From: Octopus sinensis
Lineage: Eukaryota
Direction: 5' to 3'
DNA length: 64,000 bases
Assembly: GCF_006345805.1 (NCBI RefSeq)
Contig: NC_042998.1
Location: forward strand, 91,140,001-91,204,000
Of this stretch, positions 52,011 to 64,000 are shown one piece after another. Within the stretch, counting starts at the first letter, position 1; every line of letters begins with the position of its first letter. The notes beneath the pieces were generated by a model. The model ran no database searches, was not told the DNA's origin, and saw only the letters and a list, made by a program, of their open reading frames with translations. Position numbers and translations under genes: made by a program.

Positions 52011-54784
52011 ATTTTAGGAGAGAAATAATACGGTTTGTAAACTGAAGCTGAGAAAAGTAATGGGTTGGTAAAGATGTTCAGTTCACATTTGTTTTTAGTG
52101 TAAGTTCGAGGTATCTCTGCTCTAGCTAATCAGGTGTTGGGCTACATCAGCACTTCTTAAACTTTGGGATTGAGAAGCGAAATGCTGGGGTCGCAAAAAT
52201 TAAATTCAAACACTTGAATTTCAGTTTACACGCTACTTTAAAAAAGCATATTTAATACCTGGTGTCGCGAAAAATCTCGTGATGAAAAACGGGGTCATGA
52301 ATGAATGAAAAGAATTTAAGAAGCACTGGTCTACATCATTGTTGCATCTCTGTTGGTCAGCTACCTAAGTTAGTAGCTACGCGTTTCATCAAAGTTATCG
52401 TCTCCGTTCAGCGATAACTTACTGAAACGTGCCTTTGATGTTCTGTTGCGTGTCATGTAACTAGGCTTCAAGTTGTCTGGTTGTTAGGACAGCAAAGAGG
52501 CAACTTTAAGCTGATCACTGATTGAAATAATGACATCTTTTGAGTGATCACCTTTATCGTTGTCAACTTTATTAGAAAAATGGCCTTTCGATTGTAAGTC
52601 AGTGCTACCAATTTAGAAATGGACATGAAAAATAACTCTCCTTTATTTTCTACGCATTCCCAGAAGGTACACCTCTTGTAGCTTAAGTGGAACAATTATT
52701 TAGTGTTGTTAAAACTATGCTTTCTTCCACAAATTCATAAAAGAATAGGTTTGAATGCGATAGCAACACATACGGAGGAAAGTAATAATTATTAATTATA
52801 ATTTTTATATGAAACAAGATTTGATTGAGCTGTATCGCAGCAGTAGTGTAATGCGTATATTCTTGAAATGAAAGTTCTCTGGCTTAGAGCTATTGCGCTT
52901 TTATTGGCTCTATAAACTGGGAGAAAATGTTAACGACTAAAATTTCACCTGGTTGCATAACGATCTGTTCAGATCTTCAACGAACATATGCGTTTCTGTG
53001 GCATCACCTATGGTATCAGTACACTGTTGCCGTGACTACACTGTCTGCTTTCTCTTTATCATCTTACATGATAGAGCGTCGGGAAATATATTTAGTTGAG
53101 ATGATAACCAATTTTTGCCCACACCAACTCCAACAACATTGTTGCTATTTAAATAAAGCGAATTCTTTTCATAGCAGCTTAATAACTTACCTTGGATTGA
53201 TGAAACCAAATACTATCTAGTTGCTGCTAGCAATAGAGATGCCTGCTGTGGTTGTTGTTTCTGTTACTAGTCCTACTACAAACACCAACAACCACCACCG
53301 TGACAACAACAATAACTTTATTCTACAGAAGTGTGAAAACTAGGATTTATAGAGAATTGGAGTAAGTGAAAGTGGTGAAGTTCATGCTCTTCCCCGAGAG
53401 TACCAACGGTATAAACAATAACATGTTTAGTAGCAAGCACTACAACTGATATCAACTTCTGCCACACCTACAACTATTACGAATTTACTAGCATCCACAA
53501 CCACTACCAATCCCCACAGCAACAACACCACCAGCATCAACATCGCTGAGTGATAAGGTACAGAAAAGATAACGAACAGAGCGCGTCAGCCGGCTGAAAT
53601 GTAGTTAGTATGTTGTGATAGCAGTTTATTACTTTTCCATCTCGTGTAGGCTTGCAGGCAATATTCGAAACGAGGAGGGATATTTTAGTTCCCATCCTCT
53701 CAAGTATCCGTCCGTTCTAAGCTATGCTCTTCCATTTTCTTTTCTTTTTCATGCATTCGTATATTCAGTCTCAGAGAAAAAGTTGAAAGTTTTTGTTACA
53801 GTGGCTATCTACTGACAGTTTCCAAACTTCGTACTCAGCTGTTTATTTACAAACTATTTATTTGCTGGTAACTTAATTAAATGACCTCCCATTTTTCCCC
53901 CTTGATCTAGCAAAAATGTTGCCTATTTTCTAAACAGGATATAACGGCATCCATATTCTCAGACGTTTTCAGCCTCAAATATTTTTAGCATGTGTTTGCT
54001 TGCTTGCTTACTTACATTGGCCAGCAAACAGATAAATCCTACACAACATATAAGAAGCACTTACAGCATGAAAAACTTACACATGCACATGCATTTACTC
54101 ATATGTACACTTGACTCAGTCTATTACACCTTTCGTGATTCTTCGTTCTGGGTTAGAATTTCGACAAGGTCAACTTTGCTTTTCACCTGCTCTGTGTAGA
54201 TAAAATATACACCACTAAATACAATGGGGGTAGGATGCGTCTATATTCTTATATTAAAAAAAAAAAAATGGTTTTGTTTCCAGTTAAGATAAATGAGTAC
54301 ATAACATCTAGACTGTGAATGACCGAGCAGTTGACAAATCATACCGTATTAACGGCTCTGCATTGTATCCAAACGCTTAACTTTTTAACAGCCCAGCTCA
54401 CGCATATGAAAATATGTACCACAAAGCGGAACAATTCCTCATTGTAAGTTAAGCCAGCACTTTTTTTTTATCGACCCCAGAAGGATGAAAAGTAAAGTTG
54501 ACTTAACAGGGTTGGAACTCTCAGAATGAAAACTAAAGCGTTTTGTTCGGTGCTCTAATAATGATTTCATTCTTGAATAAAAGAAATGATGATGTGCTTA
54601 AAACTGGAATCGATTCTATGACTTGTTTTGAGCTCAAGAAAATCTCTTTTACGCTCCACTCATAATTAAACTTCAACCTAATTTCGAAAATAAATGATAA
54701 GCTCTACAAAGACATTGTAACTCCTTCTATGCTCAAATCAGAGAAGTACATATTACTCTTTTACTCTTTCACTTGTTTCAGTCA

Positions 54785-55400
54785 CCCTGGACTCCTTCAA
54801 TAGCTATCTGTCTCTGGCCAGTCGTGACCATTTAGGCCCCAGGTAGCGGGTGAGATTATCTCGCCATCTTGTCTTTAGTCGGCCTCTTGATCTTGTCCAT
54901 TGTCTTGATGTCCATTCCGTCACCCTGATTGTCCATCAGCTGCCCTTCTGCCACACGGTATAGCCAGGCCATCTATATTTGTTCTCCTTGATGGTTCTTA
55001 TAATGCTGTCGACTCTTATGCGCTGTCAATTCCAGGCGTTGGTTTTCTTGTGCCGTAATGTAATGCCGAGCATGATTTGTTCCATTTTCCGTTGGTCTAC
55101 AATGAGGACTTTCATAATGGTAGTGTTGAGAGCCCATATTTCACTGCTGTAAATTATCACTGGAAGGACGTTTTCGTTGAAGATCTTTCTTTTAATTTTT
55201 ATCAGCATGAAAACAAAAAGAAAAAAAAAAAAGGTTGTGAGATTTAGCGCAGTGAGCATTTCAAAACAACTGGCATGTTGTCGTCACTCTTCATATTCGG
55301 ATACCCACTGGTTCGATCATTATGATTACTAACATGAGCACAAGGTCTTAAATATTGGGCTACATGAACTTGACTGGAAATTTATTTTAACGGCTTTAGA
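54785..55400 (-). mobile_element. RTE (BovB/Expander-like) LINE 3' fragment
   Basis: KRKIFNENVLPVIIYSSEIW...QRKMEQIMLGITLRHKKTNAW, followed by frameshifted W.WAGHV and RGRP.TRW-type remnants. Confidence 0.8.
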
Positions 55401-56254
55401 AAAGAAAAGGCAAAGTTGTCTCAGTCAAGATTTAAACTCTGAATGTAAAAAAAAGTCAAGACAAATTCCGTAAGACATCTTTTTCGACCCTCTAACGATT
55501 CTGATAATCCAATCCTAGTGAAAATGTTTCTATCGTAGACGCAAGACCTGAAATCTGAGAAAAGGGGTTAGTCAATACATCGACTCCTGTACTTTACTGG
55601 CACTTTCTTTTATCGGTCCCGAAAAGATCAACAGCAAATCTTGGCGGGATTTGAACTCTAAACGTAAAGAGCAGGAACAAATAGCGCAAGCCATTTTTTT
55701 CTGACACTCTGCCAATCCCAAAATGTAATTTCATTCCACAAGGACAAAGACTCAGGCGCACTGAGATCGGGAAATGTTAAGCTATGACTTTCATATCTTT
55801 TGAATAAGTAGAGAGAAAAAAATATTTGCTACAAAATATTAAAATATCATATTACTGTCGATTTATCTGAAGGACGTTATATCTATGGTCGGCTGCTTGG
55901 AATTAACTATTAGTAGAGGAGATATAAACTAATAATTTCCAGTTATTAGCTATTTTATAAGACAAAGAAAAAAATTTGAATTGGTTGGTTAAGATTACAT
56001 TCACGGTGAGTCAGCTTAGACATTTTTACTTTTACTCACAGAAATAGCCAGATGTTTTCGAATTCTGAGATAGAGTAGGTGGACTTATGCACATATGTTT
56101 GATGCAGCACCTACACACACAGACATGAAAAAAGAAAGAACGAAAGAAAGAAAAGTATTTTTCCTGTAAGACAGATTAGCAGATGGGAGATCGCCGGACA
56201 AAATACTTTGCGGTATTTCGTTATATCAGTTTATGTTTTAAGTTCAAATCTTGA

Positions 56255-56412
56255 GGCGTAGGAGTGGCCGTGTAGTAAGTAGCTTGCTAACCAGCCACAT
56301 GGTTCTGAGTTCGTCCCCACTGCGTGGTACCTTGGGCAGGTGTCTTCTACTATAGCCTCGGGCCGACCAAAGCCTTGTGGGTGGATTTGGTAGACAGAAA
56401 CTGAAAGATGCC
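56255..56412 (+). mobile_element. CORE-like SINE, CpG-intact copy
   Basis: AGGCGTAGGAGTGGCCGTG...CTGCGTGG...CTCGGGCCGACC; compare the decayed copy at 21886. Confidence 0.85.
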
Positions 56413-57489
56413 GCTATGTTCTGAGTTCAAATTCCGCTGTGGTCGACTTTGCCTTTCATCCTTTCGGGGTCGATAAATTAAGTAACAGTTGCGTACTGGG
56501 ATCGATCTAATCGACTGGCCCCTCTCCCAAAATGCCGGGCCTTGTGCCTAGAGTAGAAAAGAATATTCTGCCAATCCAACATCCGCTGATGAATAACAGA
56601 GACTCATGTGTATATATGTCTATCAGGAGGATTTTTTTTACCTAGTTATGAAGTTTCAGATTTAAAGGGAATAGAAATATATCATATCCGTAACATACTT
56701 AAGGAAATTGCACATAAAAGAAGTCGTTCAAAATCAGATAACGAACTATCTAAAATAGTTGAGATTATGACAGGAGCCAGCAAAGTGGCGAGCTGGTAGA
56801 ATCGTTAGCACACCGGGCAAAATGCTTTGCAGCATTTAGTCTGTCTTTATGTTCTGTGTTCAAATTCCGCCGAGGTTGATTTTGCCTTTCATCCTTTTGG
56901 AGTCGACAAAATAAGAACCAGTTGAACATTAGGGTCGATGTAATCTCGACAATATCCTGCCTTTCAGGCCTATTAGTAGAAAGAATTATAACCAGAGTCA
57001 GCACAAAGAAAGAAAGAAAGTGATTAGAATAACAAGAAAGTTTAATGGATTCAGATTTATGAAACGCCAAACAAAATGCTTTGTTATATTTGGTTCTGCC
57101 TTCCTAAGTTCAAAACCCAATGAACTCAACTTTCATTCTTGTAGGATAGATAAAAGAAACACACGGGTCTGTAATTTGGACCCAGCAGACATCAGACGCA
57201 AACAAGGCATTTAGTTTGGGATTATGACAGGGACATAGTCAATTGATTCGATTAAGTCAAGAATACCCTACATGAAATGTATTGCCATGCATCCAAGTTA
57301 GAAATTATTATGAAAGTAAACAAATTTAACTAAAGAATTTATTGATTTTTTTCAAAGATACAGAGGTCTACAAGCAACAAGGGAAGAATCGACAGAGCGC
57401 TGAAATATTTGTTTTGGTTCCTTAAAGTCCCACCGAGGTCAACTTTGTCTTTTATTCTTAAACTAAAGTACTAGTCAAGTACTAACACT

Positions 57490-57945
57490 GCCTGGCATGT
57501 TTCCGCTCAGTCTCCGAACCTTACAGTGGAGCTTGGCTCAATGTAGTGTCATCACATGCGACTGGCACTCAGTTTAATAACGACAGTCTGCGCATCAGCA
57601 TTTCCCTGATACTTGGCCTCCATATCTGTAAGCCTCACTAATGCCACTGCGGATCCACTGTGGATTCTTTCGACCTCCACCCACTGTCATGCCGTCCTAG
57701 TGCTGGCCGCCTTCCACGCCATGCTGCCCTTAACAAAATCATAAAGTTGGCTAAGACGCCGCAGGCTTCCCTTCCCAGCTTGAGTCAGCTGGACTAGATC
57801 GAGCGAACGGTAAAAGGCCTGATGGTATGACAATTTTACCGTTCTGTGGCGGTAGGCACCATATCTGGGATTCCACATGTTGTGACACCTTCTCCAGCAG
57901 CAACATAGTATATTCAGCAACCAACCCAGGCTCCGCTGCTCGTCA
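57490..57945 (+). mobile_element. CRE-clade non-LTR retrotransposon fragment (Zn knuckle plus RLE)
   Basis: [36 protein letters not shown]...KRPDGMTILPFCGGRHHIWDSTCCDTF. Confidence 0.8.
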
Positions 57946-58516
57946 GCATGACCACAGTCCAATGACTGAAACGAATGAAAGATTTAAGATAAAATAAAAT
58001 CTTAAGATAAATCTCCATGGGAGAAATTCTCAATCATTTTTTTACCGCTTTCTGTTCATGGGTTGAATTAGTATATTGAAACAGATGTCATCTTCATACT
58101 GTGACATAACAAAAACAAATAGATAAAAACTAAAAGAAAAAATTACTGCATGAAGCCTACCTACCGTTAAACGAAGATCTGATGATGATGGTGGTTATTT
58201 TTTAGTGATAGTAGTGATGGTGGGAAGAATTAACAGATGTTATAATCAGGAAAGTAGGACAGGAAGAAGTTCCAAAGATGAAGTCTGTAGTGATATGACA
58301 ATCTTAGAAATATTATAAGAATTTTGGGCTATGTGCTATGTGCATCATTGAGAAGCTATGTGCTTCTCAATTATGTCGATCCGGGGCTTTTATCCCATTG
58401 TGCATATATTGGTGAACGTCTTGTGAGTTGAATTTCCCCGACCGACACCGTACGGAAACCCAGACATACAAGTAAATACACCGTTGATAGGAAAATTACT
58501 AGGGTGTTTTTGTACG

Positions 58517-58591
<75 letters not shown>

Positions 58592-58733
58592 TATATATAT
58601 ATATATATCTATATATATATATATATATATATGCATACATGGTTAAGGATAAAATCAATTGATAATCTTATCAGTGGCCAGCATGTTATGAAAAACCATA
58701 TAGGTAAAATTAATATAGATATATAATTATATA

Positions 58734-58825
58734 CTGTCGTGTCTGGGGAGAGTCGTTTTCTTTTTGTGCCTTATAATTTAAATTATGAGGCACAAGAAGA
58801 AAATGACTCTCCCCAGACACAACAG
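58734..58825. repeat. 92-bp palindrome with virtually no loop (second copy 59360-59451)
   Basis: CTGTCGTGTCTGGGGAGAGTCGTTTTCTTTTTGTGCCTTATAATTT|AAATTATGAGGCACAAGAAGAAAATGACTCTCCCCAGACACAACAG. Confidence 0.9.
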
Positions 58826-58912
58826 AATATGATTCAACACACGAACTCACATAAAGAATCTTGCAACCAAATCCAGAACAAAATATAATTATATAAATAT
58901 ATTTATAATTAA

Positions 58913-59187
58913 GGATACGGAGAAGCGGCACCTACATGTTAGAGATAGACGTCAAATGACTCTAAAAACCACTTCAAATTACATTCCATTCGCACAAGGC
59001 TGAAAGCGAGGAAATGAATAAAAGAGATTTAGTAAAAATATTTTTTTGAGGTTAATCTACGTCGTCCGACTTCTGGTTTAGTAAAACTATTACTTTACTG
59101 ATGACGGTAATGTAGTGTAATTTGAAGTGGGTTTTAGAGTAATTTGATATCTATCTCTGGCATGTAAGTGCTTTTTTCTCAATACCC
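58913..59187. mobile_element. MITE with ~80-bp TIRs, TTAA|GG...CC|TTAA (Kolobok-like termini)
   Basis: The left arm GGATACGGAGAAGCGGCACCTACATG...CCACTTCAAATTAC is the reverse complement of 59115-59187, and TTAA flanks both ends. Confidence 0.6.
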
Positions 59188-59204
59188 TTAATTATAATTA
59201 TATC

Positions 59205-59258
<54 letters not shown>

Positions 59259-59845
59259 GCATACATGGTTAAGGATAAAATCAATTGATAATCTTATCAG
59301 TGGCCAGCATGTTATGAAAAACCATATAGGTAAAATTAATATAGATATATAATTATATACTGTCGTGTCTGGGGAGAGTCGTTTTCTTTTTGTGCCTTAT
59401 AATTTAAATTATGAGGCACAAGAAGAAAATGACTCTCCCCAGACACAACAGAATATGATTCAACACACGAACTCACATAAAGAATCTTGCAAACCAAATC
59501 CAGAACAAAATATAATTATATAAATATATTTATAATTAAGGATACGGAGAAGCGGCACCTACATGTTAGAGATAGACGTCAAATGACTCTAAAAACCACT
59601 TCAAATTACATTCCATTCGCACAAGGCTGAAAGCGAGGAAATGAATAAAAGAGATTTAGTAAAAATATTTTTTTGAGGTTAAATCTACGTCGTCCGACTT
59701 CTGGTTTAGTAAAACTATTACTTTACTGATGACGGTAATGTAGTGTAATTTGAAGTGGGTTTTAGAGTAATTTGATATCTATCTCTGGCATGTAAGTGCT
59801 TTTTCTCAATACCCTTAATTATAATTATATCTATATAATTTTATA

Positions 59846-59883
<38 letters not shown>

Positions 59884-60092
59884 AAAGAGAACACACAAGT
59901 TGATATATATATGATATATATACGGGAAAAAGTCAAGGTAGAAAATGCTAAAATAATTTTATTAAAAAAATTTCAGTACCGGTTTCAGTCATTGAGATTT
60001 TTTCAACTGTAAGTATGGAAAACGATTAAATTTTGGAATAATTAAATGAAAAGTTTTTAAAAAGAATATTTGCAAAGTATTCAAATACAAGA

Positions 60093-60559
60093 AGCATTTT
60101 CCTTGTTTCTGCCTGTCTCTGTCTCTCTTGTTTACTCTTGTATGTTCGAGGTCGTTGTGAATTCTTGGCAGAGAAGAAGAAGAAGAAGAAGAAGAAGAAG
60201 AAGAAGAAGAAGAAGAAGAAGAAGAAGAAGAAGAAGAATGCGGGAGTTAAATGCTCAAGTGCCCTGAAAGTGACTTGTTGTGGATGGTAGTAACGATTGA
60301 ATTCTTGAGATATCTCTTCTGAATGTATTGTTTATAATATTCTCAAGGATTCAATCACTACTACCATCCACAAGTCACTTTCAGGGCAATTGACCATTTA
60401 ACATCCTACTACTATCATAGCACTCCCGCATTCTTCTTCTTCTTCTTCTTCTTCTTCTTCTTCTTCTTCTTCTTCTCTTCTTCTTCTTCTCTGCCAAGAA
60501 TTCACAACGACCTCGAACCCACAAGAGAGACAGAGACAGGCAGAAACAAGGAAAATGCT
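60093..60559. repeat. 467-bp fold-back with (GAA)n/(TTC)n inside the two arms
   Basis: AGCATTTTCCTTGTTTCTGCC...TTCTTGAGA [~25-30 nt loop] TCTCAAGGA...GGCAGAAACAAGGAAAATGCT, with one ~18-nt bulge near 60403-60420. Confidence 0.9.
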
Positions 60560-60599
60560 CCTAGGTGTTCTCGGACCCCGCGCTATCGTTTTCCTCTTC

Positions 60600-60860
60600 A
60601 ATAATCAGAACAACGGCGCTCCATCTGAGAAATGAGCCTCGCGAGGGCAAGTGGTTGTTGTCGCGAGTGTCGTTGGCCGTTCTCCGTGGCAACGTATCAG
60701 GTCATGACTGCGAGGCGGGCCGAACATGCCATATATTCTGGGATGTGCAGACTTTTGCTTCCTCCCCCTCCATCTTCTGCTGCTTACTAATCACCCCTCT
60801 TTTTCCTTTGTTTTTCTTTTTCTGTTTCTTTGTTTCCTTATGAATATATGTGATAAATAA
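60600..60860 (+). mobile_element. CRE-like RLE retrotransposon 3' end
   Basis: EPREGKWLLSRVSLAVLRGN resembles the CRE C-terminal QR.S.A.QRGN motif. It is followed by a pyrimidine-rich UTR and AATAAA. Confidence 0.55.
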
Positions 60861-61903
60861 AGTCTTTTTCTTTTAAAATCGTTTGAAAGAAAAATAAAGA
60901 TGGTTTATGACATTATAAAAAAGTGTTTCTTCAGGGAGAATGGACTTCATATGAAGAAACTATTAATTCGCGTTTCATGAATTTCGTCTGGATGGAAAAG
61001 ACTTGATGAATAACAAAGCTGCGACTCAGAAACATCTCCCGAACGAAGTGTTTTACTGCCGAAGGATAAGTAAAAGCTAAGAGAGTTTCAAAAATGTTAA
61101 TTATTTTCACTACTTGTCATCCAGTTCCTGAATTGGTTAATATTGTCATCCCATCAATATCCAACTTCGTTATTCTCTATACTTCTTAGTTTGCATTTTG
61201 TTCGTAACGACTAAAGGGTGGTCCGAATTTGTGCCGGAGGTCGGAGGGCCAAAGTAGCACAGAAACATTCTCGGGTTACCCCTGATCCCAAATATAAGCC
61301 ATTTAGGGAGGAGAGCGAGTAGACCCTTCGGCAGGCAGCGTCGATAAACCATGAAGCCACGCAGATACGCACATAGAAATATGCATTTATTTGTATGTAT
61401 GTATGTATGTATGTATGTATGTATGTATGTATGTATGTATGTGTATGTATGTATGTATGTATGCATGTATGTATTAATAAAGCATGTTCATATTCTGCAC
61501 TTAATTCAAAGTGGCCTTACCATCTCTTCCCCCCTCTCTCTCTAGCACATCGTGTATATATGTGTGTGTGTTTGTCTCCCCCATCACCGCTTGACAACCG
61601 ATGTTCGTGTGTCTACGCCTCTGTAACTTAGCGGTTCGGCACAAGAGTACGATAGAATAAGTACTAGATTTAAAACAAAAAGTCCTGTGGTCAATTTATT
61701 CGACTAAAACCCTTTAGCCTCCTGGCCGCAGTCATCTCCAAACTGCCAGTGCCAGCAAATTCAAACAGTACGAGTGAAGATTCATGTTCTTCCCGCTTCC
61801 ATCCACGTGAGTTATAGAGTAAACAGATTATAACGATGAGAACCGCATTAAAGAACAGGGAGAAAGGAATTGTATTATCAATAATAAAGGGTAAAATCAA
61901 TTA

Positions 61904-62473
61904 ATTATTAATTAATTTCACCAAGTAGTGTTCAGTATGTAAAAGGACCATTCAAGGCATATTCAAAATATTACGTTATATTATTAGGGCTCAGTAAAAT
62001 AATTTACTTTGCCACATACTGAAATTTTTAGAAATAGCAGCCAAAAAGTTTTCTTAGCCATTTCTACTATGTAGAGATGTTTGTCTGAGGTGATTCATAT
62101 CGGACGGGTATGTTCAATTTTTTAGTGCTTTCAAATCCAAATTAAGAAATGTTGAGCTGACGAAAGAAATGTCGAGTTTTAATTCGACTAATCTAGAAAC
62201 GTGAGTGTTCTCAAATAATCTTTGTACATGTGATATTTTGCTGTTTTCCCTCCATATCTACGTGTATTATTTTTGAGTAAACACTATCTAGGAGACTTTT
62301 CTTAAAGTAGTAGAAATGGCTAAAAAAACTTTTTGGCTGCTATTTCTAAAAAATTCAGTATGTGGCAAAGTAAATTATTTTACTGAGCCCTAATTATATA
62401 ACATAATATTTTGAATATGCCTTGAATGGTCCTTTTACATACTGAACACTACTTGGTGAAATTAATTAATAAT
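61904..62473. mobile_element. 570-bp fold-back element with ~165-bp TIRs
   Basis: ATTATTAATTAATTTCACCAAGTAGTG...AGCCATTTCTACTA versus TAGTAGAAATGGCT...CACTACTTGGTGAAATTAATTAATAAT. No clear TSD. Confidence 0.85.
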
Positions 62474-62522
62474 GTATGTATGTATGTATGTATGTATGTA
62501 TGTATGTATGTATGTATGTATG

Positions 62523-62554
<32 letters not shown>

Positions 62555-63609
62555 TACAGACATATGCCATACGTAACTGCGATGGGTGGATCGAGAGGCT
62601 CGGGTGACTCTCTCTACTGCAGCTCCCCGTAGATATAAAAATATAAAACATTTATTTCATTATGTGACTTTGGCAAATTAAACTGCTAATAGTGGTACCA
62701 TTTTACTATTCGTGAACCCAAATGATTATACATGCATCCATTAGAGGCGCACGAAGCAGCGTTGGATGAAATGCAGGCGTATATAATCATATTTAATACG
62801 CTCGTGTAAACTCGGATGTGGGAAGACCTTTCGTTGCAGAATTATTCTCGGGAGTGAATGTCTCAATTTTATTTCTAAGGACTCCACTTTACAATGAAAG
62901 AATTCAGTACATATAATGTTTATATGCACTGTTATTTGAATATTTTCTCTTACACATGTCTTATATACATGTTAAAATGAGCTGATCTTTAGACAAAAGT
63001 ACATTACGTAGATATAAGCTTGCTTTGCATCATCGTGGTTTCGGATTCAATCTTCTGCTATAGCCACGGGTCGACCAATGCTTTGTGAGTAAATTGGGTT
63101 GACAGATGGCGCACGACCTAGCGGTTAGGGTGTTACACTCACGATCAGAGATCGGGGTTTCAGTTCCTGGACTGGGTGGTGCGTTGTGTTCTTGAACAAA
63201 ACAGTTTATTTCATGTTGCTCAGCGATCACTTTAATACCTGACATGTGGTACATTGTGCAACTGCTCAAGCAAAGACGATTTGATGGAGGGAGTGCGTTG
63301 ATGTACAGCTCAAAGATTTGATCACTATAAACAGATCATTTGTGCAAATCATTCAGCAAATACTGAACACTCATAAGTCGTCTACGACGGGAGATTCTAT
63401 CAAATATGTGTGCGTGTGTGAGTGTTTGTCCCCCTAACGGCTTGATAACCGGTGTTGGTTTGTTTACATCCTCCTAGCAGTTCGACAAAAGTGACCAGTA
63501 GAATATGTACCAGACTTTAGAAAAAATAATAAGATTTATCCGACTAAACCCATGAAGGCGGTGCCCCAGCATGGGTGCGATCCAGTGACTGAAACAAGTA
63601 AAAGATGCA

Positions 63610-63661
<52 letters not shown>

Positions 63662-64000
63662 AATAATAATGCAGAGTAATTAAACGTCTGGAGTGTTGAG
63701 TCTACGGTGTGGTTTACATTTTCGTCTTACCTTCTCATTTCCTTTCCTCTCAAAATTAATACTTTATCTATTTATAGGACATACCGATGTTCGACTGATC
63801 AGCCAGCCATTTACTGTATCTGAATAATAAATAAGAATGAAACACATATTATTCGAACTGCATAATTCTGACGCATATAATATAAGGATGAGAAAATATG
63901 TATGTAATGTTGGGATGAGAAAAAATGCATATAACGTACGTGTGAGAAAAATATGTAAATGTATGAGAAAAAAATATGATTTCTCATTCAATTATGTGGA

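Larger units (their letters stand above)
58631..59836. repeat. Near-identical tandem duplication of a 626-bp unit separated by (TA)n
   Basis: Copies start at 58631 and 59257. The visible differences are single-base homopolymer indels. Confidence 0.92.

Overview
AT-rich, microsatellite-dense eukaryotic DNA. The SINE/LINE repertoire, TTAGGG tracts and mosaic CpG depletion point to an octopod cephalopod (inference). One gene is well supported: a spliced CutA homologue on the + strand. Its coding exons are 8636-8666, 8803-8868 and 19275-19702, which join in phase to give 174 aa with an N-terminal hydrophobic segment and a CutA1 domain contained in one exon. It starts from a CpG-retaining island at about 6.9-7.9 kb that appears bidirectional: on the - strand a small exon opens a Met/His-rich peptide (MAMDHSKM-G), resembling the start of a CTR/SLC31 copper transporter. 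This is weak evidence, because the rest of that gene would lie left of the window. A second weakly supported - strand gene may have terminal exons at 23.5-25.1 kb. The remainder is mostly transposon debris: RTE, Penelope-like, R4/Dong-like, Tx1-like and CRE-like retroelement fragments, a full-length dead pogo element, many MITEs and fold-backs, and at least three tRNA-headed SINE families. Matched repeat copies show CpG decay left of about 30.5 kb and CpG retention to the right, which I read as a fossil gene-body methylation boundary. Most ORFs in the supplied track are microsatellite or antisense-to-TE artefacts. No CRISPR array, rRNA gene or intact tRNA gene was seen.
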